A DNA stretch of 64,000 bases, taken from positions 21,786-85,785 of the forward strand of contig CAZFZN010000018.1 of NCBI GenBank assembly GCA_964523105.1. The letters are read 5' to 3'. This document shows positions 20,401 to 25,281 of this stretch, in pieces (within the stretch, counting starts at the first letter, position 1; every line of letters begins with the position of its first letter). Under the pieces are notes generated by a model. It was given only the letters and a program-made list of their open reading frames with translations, was not told the origin of the DNA and did not search any database. Origin of the DNA: an uncultured Akkermansia sp. GTDB lineage: Bacteria; Verrucomicrobiota; Verrucomicrobiia; Verrucomicrobiales; V1-33. Position numbers and translations under genes: made by a program.

Positions 20401-21807
20401 GTCATCGCTCCGCTGAGCTTCATCGCCGGAAGCGGATTCGTGAGCTTCATCGCCGACGGCAATGAAGAAAACGGCGGCGACCATCTGAGCTTCAAACTGG
20501 CACAGTTCCACGAAACGCTCGGCCTCGCCGACGCCTCCGGCATACCGGTGGATTACGCCGTGCTCTCCGTGGCCCGCCGGGACATCAGTGAAGGCCGGGC
20601 TGCCGACGGCGGCATCGCCACCGCCTTCTTCACTGTTCCCACACCGGGATTCTCCAATACAACCGACCTGACACTCGAGGTTCCGCTGCGCAATGCGCTG
20701 CGCATCACCGAGATCATGTACAATCCGTCGTCGTCCTCGCAGCCCGAGTTCATCGAATTCCGCAACACCGGCGCCACGCCTCTCGACCTGACCGGAGTGA
20801 ACTTTACCTCCGGTATCACCTTCACTTTCCCGTCCATGATTCTGGCGCCGGGGGCCTACACCGTCATCACCGATAATGCGGCGCGCTTTGCCGCCAGTTA
20901 CCCCGGGGTGACGCCGGCCGGGGTTTATAGCGGCAGGCTCGACAATGCCGGCGAACGCCTGCGTTTCGAGATCGCCGAGTATCCCGTCGGCGTGCTCGAC
21001 TTCAGCTATAACGACACATGGTATCCTCTCACTGACGGTCAGGGCGCTTCGCTGCAGATTGTGGATGCCAGCCGTCCGCCCTCCACATGGGGCGACCGCG
21101 AATCATGGCAGGCCGGCGTGCCGAGCCCCGGCAGCACCACCGGCTTCGGAGTCGTCGCCGGCCCGGACCGCCGCACCGCGTATCCCGCCGCCGCCGTGCT
21201 CGATGGCACGCTGTTCACCGGTCAGTTCGCCGCGGGCGATATCACGCTCGCGTGGAGCAAGGTCAGCGGACCCGGCACGGTGAATTTCACCGCGCCCCCC
21301 AGCACGGACACCAACGTGACCTTCAGCGCGCCCGGCGTCTATGAACTGCGCCTCACCGCCACGGCCCCCGGTCCGCTGACTTCGCTGGATCACGTCCTCG
21401 TGATCAGTGAGGAAAACTACGACGACTGGGCGCTGCGGCTGCTGCCCGGCCCGGTGCCGCTGGACCGCCTCCGGACAGCCGATCCCGACCGCGATGGCCT
21501 GCTCAATTTCATGGAATATGCACTCGGCACGCATCCGGGCCGGAACGACGCCGGTGCGGCATGGACGCTCAGCACGGCGGACGGTTTTCTCTCGCTCGAC
21601 TACCGGCGCAATCCGACCGCGGTGGCCGGGATTCAGATTATTCCGCAGATCGCCGATGATCTCAATGCATGGGACGAAAGCGAAAGCGGCACGGTCCACG
21701 GCGTGATCGACACCACCGGCGGCGTGGAAACATGGCGTGCCCGCGACGTCCAGCCCATCATTCCCGGCCAGCGCCGCTACCTGCGCCTGAAGTTCATCAT
21801 GCCGTAG
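11437..21807 (+). CDS. Giant secreted/surface protein: cadherin-like tandem repeats, four lamin-tail (LTD) domains, CotH domain, right-handed beta-helix region
   Basis: 3456 aa with a signal peptide 'LSTCLPLLAAPVAV'. It has ~95-aa repeats ending 'DSFTY.A.DG.......VT..V..VNDAP' (nt ~12130-15860). LTD motifs start at ~15880 ('VLISEIMFNP..EYIELLN'), ~19793, ~20236 and ~20698. A CotH-like region spans ~16830-18000 ('YRLIMS', 'HNWKLNLPHD', 'LLAHDFDTTFG'). Parallel beta-helix repeats span ~18315-19330, and there is a C-terminal 'DPDRDGLLNFMEYALGTHP' calcium-binding-like motif. Confidence 0.9.
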   Translation: MTLTTAIRRALIPLSTCLPLLAAPVAVDDVYTTLEDTPASPEGPPLLSVNFDAGADGFTYADNTFGTNAGNNAAGSHEASGGFGSSGGLEVTVGNRPPNNSGGGRQSSGGWQRTFNLDAAGTLQFSGRYRLQTLGGMEDNEYGDFILDVDGTRYGPEGTAPALRIARLLGPNEENSGNSAESDSGWQTFALSIPLTAGSHTLTLGVYNNSSTAFGEVVQLNLDDVVIGPPPGSGSVLFNDTGGTGTVTATRLTSPANGVLTFGANGNFTYTPVLNWSGTDSFTYRASDSTGASNPATVTINVTPVNDAPAGGTDNYSTAEDTPLTVTAPGVLANDTDVDSAVLTAVNVTQPANGTVTLNSSGSFTYTPNSNHEGVDAFTYQVSDGALESPPVTVNLTVTGVPDAPETADDTYYTPSGSALIVNQASQPAGSNVTFIIAAPDTPSGGTAQPGDPWKYLDNGTDQGTAWQALEFDDSTWRTGRGELGYGDADGENRPEFTVIEDNPVPGYTSNASDRYITTYFRKVFEVEDFRRISGLTMSLLRDDGAVVWLNGNRVFWENGLNNATYQTLTSGSIGNEATHESIPLTGAEQYLRDGENVLAVEIHQQSTSSSDMSFDLGLTALDRPYGGVLANDSDPEGQPMTAAVVQQPAHGTLTFNANGTFTYNAAAGFQGTDTFTYTASDGSLTSPPATVTITVGPPFNQPPVAAPNTYNGTEDTVLTVAAANGVLANDADPESQPLTAVLVSQSANGTVALAPDGSFTFTPAADWNGATTFTYRASDGLKLSPITTVTLNFAAVPDVPVAVEDVYRTSTGTPLVVSSVSPGTTSPVTLIVAAPETTGGVAQPGDTWRYLDNGTDQGTAWQAIDFNDSGWKEGAGELGYGDESDNRPEITVIEDDDTPGYSSSSNRYITYYFRKSFSIADRLRVSNLSMSLLRDDGAVVYLNGNRLHADGSLATASPLTYLTPADNTSNESTHELIPLPNAAQHLVDGLNVLAVEVHQNNSTSSDVSFDLGLVAEEAGYGGVLHNDRDPEGNSFTASLVTPPANGTLSLAPNGTFTYTPTPGYRGTDTFTYRAVDATGPSAPATVSIIVSSGVNQRPAAAADAYSPVEDATFTRSAAQGVLANDTDPDGDALSAVLVTSTSNGSLTLNADGSFTYLASPNYSGPDSFTYRARDSGNLYSDAVVVSLTVTPANDPPDAAGETYGTDPGQTLNVPIGQGVLINDSDIDGDNLTAQLVAPPASGTLNLSANGAFVYTPAAAGTFTFTYAAFDGTVQSAPATVTLIVNGRPVAAADSYTTDEDAPLSRNAPGVLGNDTDPENEPLSADLITPPASGTLDFTAGGSFTYTPNANYFGSDSFTYTVTDGKRTSLPATVSITVTAVNDVPVAGADNYGVLKDTPLTISAANGVLRNDTDVDSPALTATLVQTTSSGALTLNSDGSFNYTPNSGYTGPDTFIYRAGDGALQSTDTTVTLNVAEVVETVLISEIMFNPTNGVAAQEYIELLNYGSVAVDLGGWKFDAGVNYIFPSPTPLPAGGRIVVPADPAAFDARWPGVNNRTSTGWAAGGSSLSNSGERIRLERPDFTQPGEFISVNEIEYSDEGDWAVRRVETVGNNTGWRWNSGADGGGQSLQLRTLQISNEYGHNWMSADPTPGAANTAAAATNLAPVILDVKHSPAVPGPAQQVHITCELVDENTAGLSATAYWRLAVSNPAAFAAAPMFDDGLHNDGAAGDGTFGAALPAQTAGSIVEFYVTATDGAESRSWPAPALSAGGNPLSQAASANCFYQVDPEAWAGDQPIYRLIMSRPEGDAFVSTDYDRGEGSDTDKNVTVIFGQGEDMDIRYQGGVRYRGAGSRGSYRPHNWKLNLPHDRPWQDWSNFNLNSLSSHVLVLGSRLMQGAGLATEIGTATAVRFNGENRMVTGNPSGVAVYGLYSHQTPMGSEWADLAFPADPGGNIYKKGRGGSAGWRLRESSPGVPNISGYQNDAWFKETNVTENDWTDLNDFIRTMRQATSNAVNPPSFDFDLASTVADLEQWARWWAFCVIINHRETNLSNGVDDDYSIYIRKSDRKTMLLAHDFDTTFGAGDTSSSPAATIWQAYDTSFVSEKSFTSAGLDIPRAMFYNNRFVRRFKWHLRDLLNTVFSQANFDAVVESALGATTGSGPWVPQSERDRLRSFMNSRRNYILTQLPSAFTAVTNLPVSNGFPTTTSANDTGMSGFLDGAITDRVLINGVPASVNNHDNTWTAAGVAAGLLPGINTVNVTALDAAGAVVGSRTLVIHFDDGSTAAKDGSLAADEIWSAAGGPYLISTGVTVPSGVTLTIQPGASVYLAAGAGLTVNPGGRLVAEGTPDRLIRFTRPPGTAGTWGGITAAGSPEVRLSDAVIEFNDSTAISLTGGSTGVLERLTFLNGARASLQLDASSWTVSRCSFPAMTAGSSFTTVNGNGIAAGGQGVIRDCSFGAVSGNNDVIRFSNCHRPGPVLRVLNCEFAGSGDDLIELRSADAWIEGNVFAHVHKAGTDSAAAVVAGDSGSGKSEVTFVRNFVYDCDIAVTAKEGSSAALLYNTIANITKTGGSETQSAVLNLADTLDGTQTGAGAVLTGNVIAVAEGLTRQYQGALSSVTFSGNILPAAWSGPGSGNVVVADALLNLAGITTPATATAAQIRTALAPQLCSPAAGSGIAGGDLGATLPPGIAAGGLPPLTTALDSASIQPGPAGVFAAPAWNFGYTHYRWSSNGTTWSADTPVSTPLALTGLSSGLQTLYLLGREDSGVWQTVPTVVTWNVNTALPPVMLSEVLASNLSAYPLGATRPDVIELHNYGPAGVSLAGFGLTDESDTPFKFTFPSGVVIPAGGYLLVMADSLPPQSGELHTGFGLDAGGEIISLTTPAGVLADRVTFGPQIADRSVARTGVRLGWSLATFTPAAANAAVCDLGPPSGLRLNEWLATNDFIVEDDFVEIYNPSPKPVNLSGMMLTDNFMSLNALHAMGDSAVHVIAPLSFIAGSGFVSFIADGNEENGGDHLSFKLAQFHETLGLADASGIPVDYAVLSVARRDISEGRAADGGIATAFFTVPTPGFSNTTDLTLEVPLRNALRITEIMYNPSSSSQPEFIEFRNTGATPLDLTGVNFTSGITFTFPSMILAPGAYTVITDNAARFAASYPGVTPAGVYSGRLDNAGERLRFEIAEYPVGVLDFSYNDTWYPLTDGQGASLQIVDASRPPSTWGDRESWQAGVPSPGSTTGFGVVAGPDRRTAYPAAAVLDGTLFTGQFAAGDITLAWSKVSGPGTVNFTAPPSTDTNVTFSAPGVYELRLTATAPGPLTSLDHVLVISEENYDDWALRLLPGPVPLDRLRTADPDRDGLLNFMEYALGTHPGRNDAGAAWTLSTADGFLSLDYRRNPTAVAGIQIIPQIADDLNAWDESESGTVHGVIDTTGGVETWRARDVQPIIPGQRRYLRLKFIMP
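12130..15860 (+). repeat. Coding tandem array of cadherin-like/Ig-like ~95-aa modules, interrupted by two copies of a ~225-aa insert module (12637-13320 and 13825-14510)
   Basis: The protein-level period is visible in the translation. The two insert modules share 'PGD.W.YLDNGTDQGTAWQA..F.DS.W..G.GELGYGD....NRPE.TVIED...PGY.S....RYIT.YFRK.F...D..R.S.L.MSLLRDDGAVV.LNGNR'. Confidence 0.7.
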
Positions 21808-21830
21808 GCGGCGGTCCGCCGCGCGCCTTG

Positions 21831-23273
21831 TCAGGCGATCAGCTCCCGGATGACCCGGCCGCCGAACTGGCTGAGCTGCTTGAAGCGTCCGGCGTGATAA
21901 TACGTCAGGCGATTGTCATCGAGCCCGAGCAGCCGCAGCAGCGTGACATGGAAATCGCGCACGTGCGCGCGGTCCGCGACGGCCTCCATGCCGAGGTCGT
22001 CCGTGGCGCCGATGGTGTGGCCCGCGCGGCAGCCGCCGCCGGCCAGCCAGATGGTCATGGCATTCGGATTGTGGTCGCGCCCGTAGGCCGTGCCGCCGCG
22101 CACGCCGTTGTCCGGCGTCCGTCCGAATTCGCCGCACCACACGATCAACGTGCACTCCAGCAAACCGCGCTGTTTCAGATCCGCGATGAGCGCGGCGATG
22201 GGCTGATCCACGCTGCGCACGAGATTGCCGTGAGCGCGCTCGATGTAGTCGTGACTGTCCCACGAGCCGTGATAAATCTGCACGAAGCGCACGCCTTTCT
22301 CAACGAGCCTGCGGGCGAGCAGGCACTTGCGGCCGAAGGCGGCGGTGGGCTCGTGGTCGAGGCCATAAAGTTCCCTCGTCCGGCTGTCCTCCGTGGAAAG
22401 ATCGAGCACTCCTGGCACCTGCATTTGCATGCGGAAGGCGAGTTCGTAGCTGTCCATGCGCGCCGCGAGTTCGTCATGTCCGGGATGCGCCGCGGCGTGG
22501 CCGGCATTCAGCGCGGCGATAAGATCGAGGTTTTTGCGCTGATGCTCCCGGGTGACACCTTCCGGCGGCGCGAGGTCGGGAATCGGGGAGCCCTGGGGCC
22601 GCAGCGGGGTGCCCTGAAAATGCGCCGGCAGGAATCCGCTGCTCCAGTTGGCACCGCCGCCCTGCGGAAAGCTCACCTCCGGCAGCACGATGAAGCCGGG
22701 CAGGTTTTCATTGAGTGATCCGAGGCCGTAGTTCACCCATGCGCCGAGGCCGGGATCTCCGCCGAACCGGTTGCCCGTATTCATCTGATACATCGCCGTG
22801 GGATGATTCACGCTGTCCACAGTGCAGCCGCGGTAGAAACAAATGTCGTCCGCCACTTTCGCAAGGTGCGTCCAGTTCTCCGCCATGTCGGCGCCGCTCT
22901 GGCCTGCCCTGACAAACTTGAAGGGACTTCGCACGTAATAGCGCCGGCCGCTTTCCATCGCCGACTTCTCCCTGCCTTCGCGCACAAACTCCTTCAGGTG
23001 CATTTTCTCCAGCAACGGCTTGGGATCGAACGTGTCGATGTGCGATGGTCCGCCCTCCATCATGAGGAAGATAACATTTTTCGCCTTCACCGGTGAATGA
23101 CCCGGTTTCGGCGTGAGGGGGCCGGATTTCTGCTCCGCGGCGAGCCGGGAAGTGAAGGCGATGCTCCCGAGCGAAGCTCCCAGCGAATACAGAAACGCGC
23201 GCCGCGTGGGCGCATGCGCCGCGCGGGCTCCTGTGCAGGGAAAGTAACCGGGTTTCATTTCGGGCTGCGGCAC
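21831..23273 (-). CDS. DUF1501 family protein (sulfatase-fold, Tat signal)
   Basis: A Tat-like signal 'TRRAFLYSLGASLGSIAF', plus 'NVIFLMMEGGPSHIDTFDPKP', 'GSWDSHD', 'LIVWCGEFGRTP' and 'GRDHNP'. Confidence 0.9.
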   Translation of the reverse strand: MPQPEMKPGYFPCTGARAAHAPTRRAFLYSLGASLGSIAFTSRLAAEQKSGPLTPKPGHSPVKAKNVIFLMMEGGPSHIDTFDPKPLLEKMHLKEFVREGREKSAMESGRRYYVRSPFKFVRAGQSGADMAENWTHLAKVADDICFYRGCTVDSVNHPTAMYQMNTGNRFGGDPGLGAWVNYGLGSLNENLPGFIVLPEVSFPQGGGANWSSGFLPAHFQGTPLRPQGSPIPDLAPPEGVTREHQRKNLDLIAALNAGHAAAHPGHDELAARMDSYELAFRMQMQVPGVLDLSTEDSRTRELYGLDHEPTAAFGRKCLLARRLVEKGVRFVQIYHGSWDSHDYIERAHGNLVRSVDQPIAALIADLKQRGLLECTLIVWCGEFGRTPDNGVRGGTAYGRDHNPNAMTIWLAGGGCRAGHTIGATDDLGMEAVADRAHVRDFHVTLLRLLGLDDNRLTYYHAGRFKQLSQFGGRVIRELIA

Positions 23274-23299
23274 CGGTAATCACCGGGAAGCAGCGGTGC

Positions 23300-23530
23300 C
23301 ACTGCCTTTTCGCGGATGCCGCGCGGGACCGTCACCGGTTCGCCCGCGCATGGAGCCGTGGGACGAAATCGCCGCGGCCTGGAAAGTGGTCGGAGTTGCT
23401 GTACGAGGTCCTTCATTTCACCGCTGTCCTCCGCGAGGTGATAGAGCCGCGGAGGGGGGACGCCCTGACCGCGCACAACGGTCAGGGTGCCGGCAATCAT
23501 GTCATAGCGCACGGGCTTCCAGCCGGGCGG
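23300..23530 (-). pseudogene. Relic of a second sulfatase gene (C-terminal end only)
   Basis: An alternative minus frame reads '[40 protein letters not shown]'. This is the typical sulfatase C-terminal 'WK...LY.L..D..E..(N/D)L' motif. It lies just after, and slightly overlaps, the end of the intact sulfatase, which has its own copy ('[22 protein letters not shown]'). The boundaries are approximate. Confidence 0.3.
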
Positions 23531-24836
23531 GACGCACGTTTTTGAATTGATCGAGTGCGCCTTGCAGTTTGACCGCCGCCGCGGCTGCCCCGCCCTGGAG
23601 TTCCCCGGTCTGCAGCGGCTTTCTCTCCTCTGCATCCGCGGCGAGATCGAAGAACTTCCCGTTGCGGTAGAGTTTATAGTTCCGGTCGAAAGCGAATTCA
23701 TGCACCGTGCGGTTATTACCCTGACGCGGCGAGTACCATGAGTAAATCCAATCGCGCGGGGTTCCCTGCCGGCCGCGCAGCTGCGGCAGAAAACTGCGGC
23801 CGTCCAGCGTCAGGCCGGGCGGCGGTTCGATCCCGGCGGCTTCGCACAGCGTCGGGAGGAAGTCTGTCGTGTCCACGAGGTCATGGAGCACCGCCCCGGG
23901 CTTGATGGCGGCGGGCCAGTTCACGATGAGGGGCACATGCATTCCGGCGCGGGTGGTGGTGCCTTTGCCGCCGGTCACGACGCGGTCGCCCATGCGCGAG
24001 GTGGTGCCGCGGCCGGTGCCGTTGTCGCCGAGAAAGATCAGCAGCGTGTTTTCACGGATGCCGAGCGCATCGAGTTTCTCCACAACCCGGCCGATGAGTT
24101 TGTCCATGTAAGTCACCATGTCGCCGAAGTGTTCGGGCCGGCGGTGGATCTCTTCCCCGCGGGCCTGCGGGTCCCACGATTTGCTGTTCGGCGTCGGCTG
24201 ATAGGGCGAGTGCGTCAGCAGCATCGGGTAGTAGAGGAGGAATGGTCCGTCCTTTTTCCGTTCCATGAAATCGAGAGCGTGCCGGTTGATCAGGTCAGGG
24301 CCGTATTCGCCGCCGGTGAAGTCCTTTTCGGCGCCGTTGATTTCCAGCCCGGGATTGGCGTAGCGGGGCGGCCGGCGGGTGTGCTGCCAGAGGCAGTGTT
24401 CGTCGAATCCAAAGCGCTTCGGGAGGTCCGGCGTGCGGCCCAGTTGCCACTTTCCGGCGATGCAGGTGGCGTAGCCCGTTTTCTGCAAGAGGCTGGCGAA
24501 CGTGACCGCGTCCGGTGCCATTTCTCCGAAGCGAACGTAGTTCCTGACATTGGACTGTCCGGTCATCAGCTGCACCCGGGTGGGAGTGCAGAGCGGCTGC
24601 GCGTAGCAGTGGGTGAAGCGCGCGCCGGTGGCCGCGAGGCGGTCCAGCGCGGGCGTGGGATAGCTCGTGCCGCCATTGGCGCCGATGGTTTCATAGCCGA
24701 GGTCGTCCGCCATGATGAGGATGACGTTCGGGCGGGACGCTTCGGCGCCCGGCGCAGGCTTTCCGATTAGAAGGGAAACCAGGAAGAGCAGAGCGGACAG
24801 AGGGTTCATGGGTGCGCGGAGTTTCATGGTGTTCAT
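23502..24836 (-). CDS. Arylsulfatase-family (formylglycine-dependent) sulfatase, secreted
   Basis: '[17 protein letters not shown]', the FGly signature '[12 protein letters not shown]' (CxPxR), 'LLIFLGDNG' and '[17 protein letters not shown]'. The signal peptide runs from '[23 protein letters not shown]'. The start was chosen at 24836; 24827 or 24863 are possible. Confidence 0.88.
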   Translation of the reverse strand: MNTMKLRAPMNPLSALLFLVSLLIGKPAPGAEASRPNVILIMADDLGYETIGANGGTSYPTPALDRLAATGARFTHCYAQPLCTPTRVQLMTGQSNVRNYVRFGEMAPDAVTFASLLQKTGYATCIAGKWQLGRTPDLPKRFGFDEHCLWQHTRRPPRYANPGLEINGAEKDFTGGEYGPDLINRHALDFMERKKDGPFLLYYPMLLTHSPYQPTPNSKSWDPQARGEEIHRRPEHFGDMVTYMDKLIGRVVEKLDALGIRENTLLIFLGDNGTGRGTTSRMGDRVVTGGKGTTTRAGMHVPLIVNWPAAIKPGAVLHDLVDTTDFLPTLCEAAGIEPPPGLTLDGRSFLPQLRGRQGTPRDWIYSWYSPRQGNNRTVHEFAFDRNYKLYRNGKFFDLAADAEERKPLQTGELQGGAAAAAVKLQGALDQFKNVRPARLEARAL

Positions 24837-25153
24837 TCTGCCGCGCTGTCGGAGCGCTGCCAAACTTTATGACGCGCGACCGCGGGCGGGAGCGTATCCG
24901 CGCGGTGTTGATGGCGCAGCCGCGGCACCCGGGCACGGATGATGGTCTGGAATTGAAAGGCATCCAGGTGGCGCCACCGCCGCTTTTCGCAGCCAAGCAC
25001 GGGCAGGCGCCGCCCCTGCTCATCGGCTCATGCTTCTTTACGGCATACCACGCGCACCCCGAGCCGCCGCTCCTTGAGGTCGAATTTCACTGCGGTGAAC
25101 GTCCAGGGCTCTTCAATTCCCAGCATCCGGCGCAGCAGTTCTTTCCCGGTCAT
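24833..25153 (-). pseudogene. ISL3-family transposase relic (N-terminal ~100 codons, in-frame stop, DDE domain deleted)
   Basis: The translation is 'MTGKELLRRMLGIEEPWTFTAVKFDLKERRLGVRVVCRKEA*ADEQGRRLPVLGCEKRRWRHLDAFQFQTIIRARVPRLRHQH...'. The 'LG...PW.........D' start and 'RRWRHLD..QF.T.I.ARVPR' block are characteristic of ISL3 transposase N-termini. There is a TGA at 25028-25030. The reading frame ends overlapping the sulfatase ATG (GAATGA at ~24833-24838). Confidence 0.65.
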
Positions 25154-25281
25154 CCGGTCGTTTACCCGGCTTCCGCCGCGATTTCAATCCCACGGAAATG
25201 CCGGGAGAACCCTTTCTTCCCTGACGCAGCCCGCTACTCAGCTGCCGCCGGATAAACCCGTGGCATAGCGCTATCACATGT

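Noticed and set aside
21808-21830. Bidirectional terminator between the convergent giant gene and the DUF1501 gene.
   Set aside because: Only a short GC hairpin (GGCGGCGG/CCGCCGC-like) is present with no U-tract, which is not enough to call.
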